This document shows, in pieces, positions 16,948 to 26,242 of a DNA stretch of 26,242 bases. Position 1 is the stretch's first letter; each line of letters starts with the position of its first letter. A model generated the notes under the pieces. That model did not search any database and was not told the origin of the DNA. It saw only the letters and a list, made by a program, of their open reading frames with translations. This DNA is from Thermoproteota archaeon (GTDB lineage Archaea > Thermoproteota > Thermoprotei > Gearchaeales > Gearchaeaceae): assembly GCA_032249235.1 (NCBI GenBank), contig JAVVGF010000009.1, positions 1 to 26,242 on the forward strand, in the 5' to 3' direction. Position numbers and translations under genes: made by a program.

Positions 16948-17133
16948 CTATGCCTTCACAAACCCTTTACCTTTTTCAAATTTCAAGGTAAAGCTGTGCT
17001 TTCCATTTCTATAATATTCCCTAAATTGTGTGTTACATTTCGGACAAACATAAGCATTTACTGTAAATTGACCATACTTCCAGCTTTTACTTTGCTTAGT
17101 TACGTTAGTTTTACAGTTTGGGCAGACAGCCAT
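16948..17133 (-). CDS. Small Zn-ribbon protein (CPNC...CPKC), paralog of 2464..2655
   Basis: KSWKYGQFTVNAYVCPKCNTQFREYY...SFTLK aligns with KSWKFRFYDVKRIECPKCNGVFNYY...EFVIR. Confidence 0.8.
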   Translation of the reverse strand: MAVCPNCKTNVTKQSKSWKYGQFTVNAYVCPKCNTQFREYYRNGKHSFTLKFEKGKGFVKA

Positions 17134-17189
17134 CTACATATTATTTGCTTAAAAGAATATAAGGCTTAAAAATAAAAAAGAAGAATAAA

Positions 17190-17725
17190 ATGCATAAGAT
17201 CATAGATTGTAATAAAATCAAAATGAAGACAAAGAAACTTTGGAAATGAAAATTCTTCTTTGCAAAATAGGTAAAAAGCTTGGATTCGAAGTCATATAGA
17301 AGAAGTTCAAGAAACAGAATTAAGTAAGCTTGTAATAAGGCATGATGTCTTGTGGTATGCAAGCAACTGGATTGGATTACTAAATTGTTCAATATAATAA
17401 TTTCAAAAAATGACTTGAATCTTGAGTATAGGAAACTTATAGAAAGAAAAGCAAAAATGACAAGGCTGCTTTATGCAGCTTTCGAGATCGTTGGCTCAGA
17501 TGAAACAACAAAAGCTATGAAAGGCACAATTTCAAATCTTTCTAAACTTCCGTATGGAGTAATTGTTGTTAAAAGAGGAAGAAAAGAGACTTTGAAGGAA
17601 GGATTGGAGCCGATTCGCAATCGATATGAAAAAGCGCTTATAGAATTTAGAGCCTTGCATGGACCGAATAATTTATAGTTGCTTCTTTCGACGACATAAA
17701 GAAGCTTACAGAAGAATTGGAATGA
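17190..17725 (+). pseudogene. Multiply frameshifted PD-(D/E)XK nuclease-like gene
   Basis: Consecutive pieces in different frames: EMKILLCKIGKKLGFEV / IEEVQETELSKLVIRHDVLWY / ...LYAAFEIVGSDETTKAMKGTISNL...GVIVV / IVASFDDIKKLTEELE*. At least three indels. ORF 17352..17678 is only the middle piece. Confidence 0.6.
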
Positions 17726-17929
17726 AATGAAATTTATTATATAAAACAGAAAATCATCGCTGAATCTATAAGCTCTATAAAATTAAAGTTAAAGAGAAAA
17801 AACTTTGATAGGAATCTTTAAAACTTTACTTTAAATGAGAAAAGTCTGTTAACAAACACAAAAGAATACTAAAATGCAAGGATGATAAGTCAAAAAATTT
17901 AAATATCTACCATTAGCAGTAGCAATTAT

Positions 17930-18365
17930 ATGACTAAGCTTCATAGAAAAGAAGGAACCTGTAAAATAGAATTCAAAGAATATGGCTTGGAAATTACTGG
18001 ACCTTGTGCGCAAGGACTTTTAAGTTCATTCGAAAAAATATTTGAAGAAAGTAAAAAGATTGGAAAAGAAATTAGTGCTTATGCATGTGTTAGTCCAAAA
18101 ACAGGAGCCGTAGAAAAAATAATGATAGGTAAAAATCGGTACACCAAAATCCACTTCTCTTCCCTACAAAAGAGTTTGTTCAAGTAATCACAGACAAGTT
18201 TCGATACATACACACCCAATATCTGGCGAATCTAAATTCTCCAAAGCCGACGCTATTACCATAACATCGAGAATGAATAAAGGTATTGATGATGGAAGTT
18301 GTGTCATAGGCGAAGATGCAACACAGTGTTTTATAAGGGTATTGGTTCCAAAAAGAAAAGGTTAG
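17930..18365 (+). pseudogene. JAB/MPN+ (JAMM) domain protein, split by one extra A in an A5 run (about 144 aa if repaired)
   Basis: Removing one A from 18131-18135 joins GKEISAYAC...IMIGK to IGTPKSTSLPYKRVCSSNHRQVSIHTHPISGESKFSKAD...PKRKG*. This gives the complete E...HxH-x7-S-x2-D motif. Confidence 0.72.
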
Positions 18366-18844
18366 TCTTCAATCGAAACGTTTAATATAATACTTCTTTA
18401 ATCCAAATATAAGGCGAATAATAGATCCGATTTTAGATTGGTTAGATTAACAATCTATTTCTTGGTTTAAGTATGTGATATTATAATATAAAATTACTTG
18501 ATGCAATTGCATCTAAAGTTGCCAGCGAGCATCTACATGGAGCGATTTTAGAATTATTAGAATATCTAACCGAATTTAGAGATAAAAATGTGAGGTACTT
18601 TTTTCATGTTTCACAGCGAAGGAGATAGCTCTGCAACTTAGGAATATTTTGAAAAGTTAGAACTAAAATTCACTACATAAATATAAATTACTTTTTTATC
18701 ATAACACTACTTTATAATAACTCTTGATAACATCTTTTGCTTTATCCCAGAACTAAATAAATTATAATCATATTTTTACAAATGTTTCTTATAAAAAATT
18801 TATAATTAATTTAAATAAAAATATGTAGAGGTAAGATAATTAAT

Positions 18845-20307
18845 ATGGCATCAACTGATGAATCAAACAAAGAAAAATTGAAGAATTGGCTAATTGAATT
18901 AGTATCGTTCTTCAGAGAAGAATTTGAGAAGTTATCTCCCAAAGAACGAGAAGTTGCATTTGGTAGTCTTTCAAATTTATCTGAACCTTGTCAATTTTTA
19001 GTCATTTGGGCTAAAGATCCAGAATTTCAAATAGTTTTTATTGTTCGATCAAATAACTTAGAAGATAAATTAATTGAAATTTACGGTCCGATTGAAAATT
19101 ATAAACTTATTGAGTTTATTGAAAATGAAGTTTTAAAATCTCGTATAGTTGAAATCATAGGAAAAGAAAAAGTTGAAGCTTCATTAGTAACCGCATTAAG
19201 AAATATTCGAAGTCTCTTTGACCCTTTAATGGGTACTCCAAAATCTCTTTTTGGAAGTAGATGGAGAATATCTACTAATACTCCCTTTGATACTCCTTAT
19301 AGCGTCTGTTGGATAGTTAAAGGTAATCTTCAAGATTTTAATATTAAAGAATTAGTAGCCCATTTCATTGAAGAAATCAAATTTGCCGCAAAACCATCGC
19401 CACCACCTTCACCTCCAAGTCCTCCTATAGCAGAAAAAATAATTCTTAAAGGATTTGGAACTTATGTGTATCCTCCAATATGGATCGGTAAGAATCTACA
19501 ATCAATATCCTTTAAAGAAAAAGTAATGGGTGGATCATTTTTGGCTAATCTTGAGAAGGATAGAATAATCGAAACATATAAAAATAGACCCCTTGTTATA
19601 AGAAAAGATGGATATATAGCTATTGGAGAAACGAATAAAGGGAGGCTCAGGAGCTTCTTAACGAGATAATGAGTGTTCTATTAATTCGTGGCGTACCAAC
19701 TAATGTTATTAGGGAGGGTGATTTAGGTGAAGCTACAATTACGGAAACCGGCGGAAGTTATAGCTGGAATCCTTTGAGTTCTAGAGTTTTGCTTTACGAA
19801 CAACAATACATTTATGATTATAATTTCTATTTACTAGGAAGAACTCTTATCGACGAGAAAGACATGAGAAAGGCCATAAAGTTAGCCGAACTTCTCACAT
19901 CTGATGATAGAATAAAAACCTTGTTATTATTATTCCTTGAAGCATACACATACTTCCAAAGTACTGAATATAAACAAAGTTTAATAATAGCATGGGTAAT
20001 TCTTGAAGAATTTTATATAGAAGATTTATGGTTACAACACATATCAAAAATAACATCTGATAAAAGAAGACTAGACAAACTTAAAAATTGGACGGTTGAT
20101 CAACGTTTAGAAGCCCTTCATATTTCTCATGTGCTTACTGATGAGGAATATTCATTGCTCATGAAGATAAAAGAAGCTCGTAATGAAGTTGTTCATGAAG
20201 GGAAAATGCCTCAAAAGGATATTGTCGAGAAATGTTTAAATCTTGTGTTTAGAGTTGTTCAGAGGCATATTGGAAATTATGTTGGAACGAAAATTCATGA
20301 ACTATAG
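18845..20307 (+). CDS. HEPN (ApeA-like) domain protein, probably one gene of about 487 aa split by a 1-nt deletion near 19640
   Basis: The frame of 19669..20307 is open from 19639 (EAQELLNEIMSVLL) and joins the upstream ORF at ...GETNK. The C-terminal part has AWVILE and the RxxxxH motif RNEVVH. Pro-rich linker at about 19394-19426. Confidence 0.7.
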
Positions 20308-20367
20308 CAATTATATCGATGGTTAGATAGCGAATATGCTCACAAAGCTATATATAATTAAATTGTT

Positions 20368-21810
20368 ATGAAGAAATCACACGAAATTTTAAAACTTTCA
20401 CTCTACAGATATTTAAAAAGAAATGGTTATAAAGTCCATTTTGATATTTCATTGAATGGAACAAATATCGACATAGTTGCTGTAAAAGACAACGTTTTCG
20501 GATTTGAAGTTGAGGACGATTTCAATAGATTCAGTAGCGGACATGCTTGGCAACAACTAAAAAATGCAAAAGAAAGTAAAATGCTGGATTATTTCAGCTT
20601 TGTGGTTCCTCACGAGATCTCTGATCATGTGCTTAGCTCCTATGGGCACGTTCTTGACGAAAATGGAGTTGGTTTATTATGCTTAAATGAAGAATTTTAT
20701 AGCTTAAAAGAACCTAAAAAATGGGAAAGGATCTTTACTCCTTCATTTTCTCTTACCGAAACAGACCTATCCATAAGGCTTATAGAATTTTTCGAATCTA
20801 AAGGATTTGAACTAGTTGATAAAGAATGCACATTACCGCAACCTTTAAGAGAGATCAAAACGAAAGGACAGCCTCAAATTCAAAAAATAGATTTATGCTT
20901 TTTGCCAAAAGGAAAAACAATTCATGATGCAGTAGATAGCAAAGAAGTTGAGCATATTGGCGTTGAAATTAAAATAAAAGAACAAAATTGGGAAGAAATT
21001 GAAGAGCAATTAATTAGATATCGATGCAGCGGATGTTTAAGTAGACTTTACCTAGCGCTTCCTCAGGATCTTTATATAAAGTTTAAGGAAAAGATCATGA
21101 ATTCAATTGCTGAATTTGGGATAATAGTTTGTAAAGAAGAAGAAATTAGAATCAAAAAAGAATCTCCGAAATTTACTGTTAAATTCGACTCTATTGGATG
21201 TTATAATAAGATAAGCCAAAAAGATTATCATCGTTATTTTCATCCCTCCTCTATTTGGATTGTAGGACATTCCGAGAGACTTAAACAAGTAGGAGAATAT
21301 GTATTTAAAAGAATGCTCCTATTACCTTTGGGAAAATCTAGTTATAGAGGAGCAGAAAATGTTATAGTTAAAGTTTCTCCTGGTCCTGTATATGAATGGG
21401 ATGCTCATCTAAAAGAGTGCTTGCTACAGGAAATATGTAAAGAAGAAATTGAACAATATGAAAAATTTCTGAATATAAAGAAAAGTAAAAAGAGCAAATC
21501 AAAAGGAAAAAAGTATAACCTTACAGAAGAACAGAGAAAGATATTAAAGAAAAAAGATTTCAAATATTTTATATTCGATTGTTATTTTGTACCTTTGCTT
21601 AAAAAGAATAAGATTTTGCCATATAGTCTCTCATATGATAAAATAGATGAAATGATAGATCGTGCAAGCATGGGTTCTCCTTTAACTAAAAAAGAAAAAG
21701 AAAAAATTGAGATATTTCTTGAAGGTTATGAATTACTGTCTTCATCAGAAAATTGGAATGAATTTTGGAATAAATTATTAACATATGTTGAAAAGAAAAA
21801 GAAGAGTTAA
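20368..21810 (+). CDS. Tandem double PD-(D/E)XK nuclease-fold protein
   Basis: Repeat 1: IDIVAV...GFEVE...QQL...YFSFVVP...GVGLL. Repeat 2: IDLCF...GVEIK...EQLIRY...LYLALP...FGIIV. Followed by a Lys-rich linker and a helical tail. Confidence 0.72.
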   Translation: MKKSHEILKLSLYRYLKRNGYKVHFDISLNGTNIDIVAVKDNVFGFEVEDDFNRFSSGHAWQQLKNAKESKMLDYFSFVVPHEISDHVLSSYGHVLDENGVGLLCLNEEFYSLKEPKKWERIFTPSFSLTETDLSIRLIEFFESKGFELVDKECTLPQPLREIKTKGQPQIQKIDLCFLPKGKTIHDAVDSKEVEHIGVEIKIKEQNWEEIEEQLIRYRCSGCLSRLYLALPQDLYIKFKEKIMNSIAEFGIIVCKEEEIRIKKESPKFTVKFDSIGCYNKISQKDYHRYFHPSSIWIVGHSERLKQVGEYVFKRMLLLPLGKSSYRGAENVIVKVSPGPVYEWDAHLKECLLQEICKEEIEQYEKFLNIKKSKKSKSKGKKYNLTEEQRKILKKKDFKYFIFDCYFVPLLKKNKILPYSLSYDKIDEMIDRASMGSPLTKKEKEKIEIFLEGYELLSSSENWNEFWNKLLTYVEKKKKS

Positions 21811-22118
21811 TTATTTTATTATGAATAAATAAAGATAAATATTTTTTAATATTATTAATTTATGAATTTAAATAACTTCATAATGAACTACGTTCGATGG
21901 GATTTTCTGAGAAAGTAAAGTAAAATTACGAAAAACTTAGCAAACTTGTATATAGTATACCGCAACCATATGTATTTGCGAGGGTAAAAATTTTTCTAAA
22001 ATTATGTGTTACATTCAGAATAACTTGATTGCATCTCCTACCTTAAATTTATTTCGTTACATTTATCTAGTTTTCTGATATAAATAGCGTTTAGTCTCTT
22101 TTCTAAATTGCTCTGTTG

Positions 22119-22961
22119 TTAAGATCTTAATATGGGCCTGTGAGGACCAAAAGAAATTAAAGGTTCCTGTTCTGAAGGATAAATGTTATATTCTTCCCTA
22201 AGTTGTTTCCGTACCTGTTCAAGAAAAGAGATTAGTTCGTTTAGCAGGTGTTTTCCCTCTTCTACCAATTTCTTTATATCTTCAAGAATAGATTTATTAT
22301 AAGATATTGCTTGCTCGAATATTTTTTCATCAACGAAAGACCATGTACCGCTTAATGCGTTACCAATTAATCTATTTTTATACTGTTGATAAAACTCGTC
22401 CACCAAATTTTTCTTAAAGGCATCAATAGTGATGTAAATATCTTTTGCTTTGGTTTTCTCATAAGTTCTTTCCACATCTTGATTTTTCTCTACAAATTTT
22501 CTTATCCCTTGTTTTAGTTCATCATTTATTTTCTCATATAAATTACGTGCTAGCTTATTATAACACTGAATTTTTTTATCCCATATCCCCTTAAGATTCG
22601 ATTTTTCAAGTAGAGAAGCAAATTCCATATAAAGTAGTTCTAGACTTGGCGGTTGAAGAGTTTTTATATATGCAAATTTTACGCTATCCAATTTTGCTAT
22701 ATCGAACTCTTCAAATTCATCTATACTCATTTGATAAGAAAACCACTCTTTTAGTGGTACTATAAAAAATCGGATTAACTCAACAATTGCAGGACGTTCC
22801 CTATCTTTTTTATATAATTGCAATGCCTGAAGGTTATAGTGATGCAACTTACGATTATACCAAAATGTAATTATAAGCGAAACTATTCCTGTAACACTGC
22901 TAATAATCTGGATGTATAGAATAATTATGTTAATTATTTCATTTACTATTAACCCAACCAT
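22119..22961 (-). CDS. Hypothetical protein with an N-terminal membrane anchor and a helical soluble domain
   Basis: Hydrophobic N-terminus (IINIIILYIQIISSVTGIVSLIITFWY) followed by a charged helical region. No family recognised. Confidence 0.65.
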   Translation of the reverse strand: MVGLIVNEIINIIILYIQIISSVTGIVSLIITFWYNRKLHHYNLQALQLYKKDRERPAIVELIRFFIVPLKEWFSYQMSIDEFEEFDIAKLDSVKFAYIKTLQPPSLELLYMEFASLLEKSNLKGIWDKKIQCYNKLARNLYEKINDELKQGIRKFVEKNQDVERTYEKTKAKDIYITIDAFKKNLVDEFYQQYKNRLIGNALSGTWSFVDEKIFEQAISYNKSILEDIKKLVEEGKHLLNELISFLEQVRKQLREEYNIYPSEQEPLISFGPHRPILRS

Positions 22962-23075
22962 TATTCTATATTACTAAAATCCTCAATATAAACACTATTA
23001 CTATGTCATATATGTATATAAAAAGAAATTTTCTTTTAAAGAAAAATTTATTAAATTTTTTATAGATGGTTAGAT

Positions 23076-23938
23076 ATGGCAATAAACAGTAATCCGATAG
23101 TTAGATGGCTTCAAACCACAACTTTCTTATTCGATCTGAATTCTGTTAGAAAAGCTTATGAGGAAAGTTATAGACTTCTTCCCAAAGATGTTCAAAATAA
23201 AATTGAGGAAGAATATCTTCATGACATATATCATTCGCTGGATTTATTGCTATGTATGATGCCTTATCGTGATATCCAATACGGTCCTAAATATAAAGTA
23301 TCATTAAGAAAACGCATGAAGCTAGGCTGGATAGCTTATAATATAAACGCGGTCCAGAAGCTTCTCAATAATTGGTATAGCGTAAAAAAGGATCTCGAAG
23401 ATTGGTATCGTAGTAGGGGTCATCCATATAGGAATGAAGGTTTATTTAATACTTTTATCGATTTTTTACAAAGTTATTTACAGACTACTATAGCGGAGTT
23501 ATCTGTACTTTATGTATATTATACAACAATAGAGCGGTTATGCCACTTGGCTTTATGCAACACCTAGTAACGCTTGAAACTAGAGGTCCTACGCTGGGAG
23601 ACCTGGTAGATATAGAAACGCTTACATTCATCGAAGTGAAATCAAAAAGAGCTGGAGTAAGACAATACAAAGGCGGTCTTCTCTCCTTAATGATAAACAC
23701 TAGATTACCCTCAGCAATAGCTGTTCCAAGATATCGTGTTGAAGTAAAAGCAGGTCTAATAGATGAAAGTGGTATAGCCGTAGAAATTTTTACTTTACGT
23801 TCTGTACCTCAAAGGGTATGGACTGAGAGAGAAAAGGAAATAGAGGCTGATATAGATAATGAGTTAAAGTCATTATTGCAAGGTATAACATTATTAAGAG
23901 AAAACGCCGAAAACTATCTTCAAGAAAATAAGAGGTAA
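23076..23938 (+). CDS. Putative PD-(D/E)XK nuclease, probably one gene (about 287 aa) split by a frameshift near 23520, or two overlapping genes
   Basis: ORFs 23076..23567 and 23540..23938 overlap, and the second frame is open upstream (YNNRAVMPLG). IAELSV (E-helix) followed by GDLVDIETLTFIEVKS gives an E...D...EVK core only when the two are joined. Confidence 0.55.
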
Positions 23939-24244
23939 CTAAAGTTCTGATCTTACCCCTAATTCTTCAAAATTAGTCATAAGAAAGCAAGCTAAAATGC
24001 CTATATTTCAAATCTAGAACCAGTCTTAATTAATAGGCTATGAAATAAAACTAGTAATATTGCGATTTTTAAGTATTGTTTCATCATAACCTTTGGAAGC
24101 AGACAAAGCTCTCTTTGGAGTTTTAACCTTTTTATACACAAGATACTTTAATAATTCTACTGCATTCTAATTGATCATCTATACTGATAATTCGTTTTTA
24201 ATCGACATAAGATTAATATAATTGATTATTGAAAAATAAATATA

Positions 24245-24865
24245 ATGATAAAAGCTCTAAATAATATTGAACTTTCAATTGTTGAAAAATATATACTTAT
24301 GCTACTTTATGCTCATGAAGGAAAATGTAAAGGAAAGCTATGGTTCCAGAAGGAAATGTTTAAGTTAGCCGAGGTTTTTAAAGAATTAAAACGATTAAAT
24401 TTTAAGTCTTCTAGCTATGGACCATACAGCGAAACACTGGGAAAATATATAAGCAAACTTGAAGAATCTGGTTTAATTAAAGATTTAAGTCTAACCGAAA
24501 AAGGTTATGAGATAGCTAGACAACTTTGGGAAAACTTTAAGGAAAAAGAAATAATTAAAGCTAATGTAGATTTTCTTGAAAGCCTTGATCAAGATGAGTT
24601 GCTCCTTTATATTTATGTAACCTCATCCAAGGAAAGCAATTTTAAGAAAATAATATTAAGAATTTTAGGGATGTTTGCAATTAAGAAAAGAAAAGTTGAG
24701 GATAGCATTCTGCAAAGAAGGAAAGAAATAGCATTGAAGATGTTAAAAGAAGAAAAAATATCACTAGGACTGGCTGCGAAACTTGCAGGGCTTTCTTATT
24801 TTGAGATGCTAGATGAAGCGATAAAGCACGGAATAAAGCCTTTCGAAGTCAAGGGCGATATATAA
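24245..24865 (+). CDS. Putative antitoxin: SocA/Panacea/YwgA-like wHTH fused to a UPF0175-like C-terminal domain
   Basis: GKLWFQKEMF...F....YGPYSE.L at the N-terminus, ISLGLAAKLAGLSYFEMLDEAIKHGI at the C-terminus. Lies upstream of a PIN gene. Confidence 0.7.
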   Translation: MIKALNNIELSIVEKYILMLLYAHEGKCKGKLWFQKEMFKLAEVFKELKRLNFKSSSYGPYSETLGKYISKLEESGLIKDLSLTEKGYEIARQLWENFKEKEIIKANVDFLESLDQDELLLYIYVTSSKESNFKKIILRILGMFAIKKRKVEDSILQRRKEIALKMLKEEKISLGLAAKLAGLSYFEMLDEAIKHGIKPFEVKGDI

Positions 24866-24996
24866 AAAATAAAAGTTGAAAAGCGCTGAGAAAAAGAAGA
24901 TATATTCGAAACATCTGCAAAATCTGCTCTTTTTCATATAAGTATTTTTTTGAAAAACTGATCAAGTTTAAACATAGTGTTGGTTATGATATTGAA

Positions 24997-25425
24997 TTGA
25001 TACTAGCAAAGGAAGTATTCGATGAACTTAAAAATTATAAAGAAATAATGAAAATTAAAAAAATTCTTAATCAAATCTTCAAAATATATGATACACCTAA
25101 GGAAATTCTTAAAGAGATCAGATCAAGGAACGATCGTTTAGGACTGGGCGAGCTTGGTGTTTTATCACTAGCATATTATTTAGCCAGACAAGACTTCAAA
25201 CCATCGGTTACAGCCATTATAGATGATAAGAAGGGAAGAAAGGTGGCTGATGAGTTGGGATTAGAAAAGCATGGTACACTTTGGCTCATAATTTATCTTA
25301 AAAAGCTTAAAATAATTGACAAAGAAAAAGCAAAGAAAGCAGTTATGAAGCTTCCAATCAAGGGTTTTTATATAACTAATGAAGAATTAAAGAAAGCAAT
25401 AGCAGAAATTGAAAAAGATTGTTGA
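24997..25425 (+). CDS. PIN-domain (DUF3368-like/VapC-like) toxin, N-terminus probably frameshifted (true start near 24876)
   Basis: V..EL, LGLGELGVLSLA and IIDDKKGRKVA..LGL..HGTL. An upstream IFETSAKSALFH segment (resembling the PIN first-strand DTS motif) lies in another frame before a T7 run at 24945-24951. Confidence 0.8.
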   Translation: MILAKEVFDELKNYKEIMKIKKILNQIFKIYDTPKEILKEIRSRNDRLGLGELGVLSLAYYLARQDFKPSVTAIIDDKKGRKVADELGLEKHGTLWLIIYLKKLKIIDKEKAKKAVMKLPIKGFYITNEELKKAIAEIEKDC

Positions 25426-25626
25426 ACTATAATTGTTATTTGGTGATTCATTATAAAGTATCATCTTATGTAGGAGAAGAAACAAAAGAAATTTTAGATT
25501 CTTGTTCGAAAACATAAGAATAAATTAAATTAATTATTAGATTACTCATTGATCTAATATTGATCATTACATACTACTGCATCGAATTCGTAACTTTGAA
25601 TGAAAAATTTCATGTGATAGTTTCAA

Positions 25627-25701
25627 AGAAATTAAAATCGAAAAAGAATCTCCGAAATTTACTGTAAATTCGACTCCATTGGAAGTTACAACAAAATAAG
25701 C
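25627..25701 (+). repeat. Diverged ~75-bp copy of 21141..21217 (relic of a paralog of the tandem nuclease gene)
   Basis: agaaattaaaatcgaaaaagaatctccgaaatttactgt-aaattcgactccattggaagttacaacaaaataagc aligns with agaaattagaatcaaaaaagaatctccgaaatttactgttaaattcgactctattggatgttataataagataagc. Confidence 0.88.
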
Positions 25702-25703
25702 TA

Positions 25704-25990
25704 ATGATCTTTAAAGATGGTTTGCCTTACTTAAGTAAAGAACGATGGAACATTTTAAAATATGTTAGGAGAAATCCACATAGGGTATCTATAAGGGAGA
25801 TTTCAAAGAGTGTTGGCATAGGCATTGACGAGGCTGTGGAGGGAGTTGCCTATCTAAGAGAAATAGGAATGCTTGTTCAGGATAGCAGAGACGCAGTTCC
25901 ACCAACACATCCTGATGCAACCTTTTACACGAATCCAAACATTAGGAAATAATAGACTCGATCCTGGATTGGCTAGCTGATAATAGATAA
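25704..25990 (+). CDS. Small winged-HTH protein, C-terminus probably frameshifted near 25946
   Basis: ILKYVRRNPHRVSIREISKSVGIGIDEAVEGVAYLREIGML is a wHTH pattern. The ORF stops at 25952, but another frame continues EIIDSILDWLADNR* to 25990. Confidence 0.6.
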
Positions 25991-26080
25991 ATTGAGCTAA
26001 AAATTGCTTTATTATTAAATAAATTTGCCCGTTTCAGTATACCAACAAAATATTACCGTATCAAAAGAAAGGCAAAATAT

Positions 26081-26242
26081 ATGAGTGTAGAAAAATATAT
26101 AGCGAAGGTGAGATTATGGACGCTCTATTGATTCTGCAAGACTACATCTCTAGCTTGATGGCTACGTTTTCAGGCTGTGCTTATAGCATAGAGGTATATG
26201 AAGATGAGCTCTACGGAAGAGTGGCCAGAATTACAGTAAACC
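26081..26242 (+). CDS. Partial hypothetical gene running off the window end
   Basis: ATG at 26081 (MSVEK...). A different frame reads YSEGEIMDALLILQDYISSLMATFSGCAYSIEVYEDELYGRVARITVN without a stop to the window end. Confidence 0.4.

Noticed and set aside
19394-19426. cca/cct-rich repeat
   Set aside because: It simply encodes a Pro/Ser interdomain linker.
7493-23700. Short ORFs 7493..7798, 9362..9697, 12960..13238, 16101..16301, 17141..17392, 21103..21288, 23488..23700
   Set aside because: Antisense to better-supported genes or pseudogenes, with the Ser/Phe/Ile-rich composition typical of shadow frames.
24167-25590. Weak similarity between the spacers flanking the TA pair (ttgatcat...atact...aattcg; acataaga)
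   Set aside because: Short, gapped, AT-rich, and the blocks are in a different order; not a supportable repeat.
1-26242. CRISPR array, tRNA/rRNA, IS element or integrase
   Set aside because: No regularly spaced repeats, GC-rich structured RNA, or transposase/recombinase motifs were seen by eye.

Overview
AT-rich, archaeal-looking defence island with no rRNA, tRNA, CRISPR array, integrase or transposase visible. The left two-thirds (about 2.4-17.1 kb) is a tightly packed, largely intact block bracketed by two inward-pointing homologous Zn-ribbon mini-genes. It contains a fused Type IIG-like restriction-modification enzyme, a frameshifted HhH glycosylase-like gene, and a four-gene module. The module is an Lhr-family helicase transcribed divergently from a DrmA/DpdJ-like Zn-insert DEAH helicase, then a DUF1998(MZB)-PLD nuclease fusion, then a convergent amino-methyltransferase. 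This module resembles DISARM/Dpd but matches neither, and is the best candidate for an undescribed system. The right third (17.2-26.2 kb) holds putative effectors: PD-(D/E)XK nucleases, a HEPN protein, a JAB/MPN protein hidden by a frameshift, and a wHTH/UPF0175-PIN toxin-antitoxin pair. Many of these are broken by single-base indels, which could be decay or sequencing error. All family assignments come from motifs read by eye; no database search was run.
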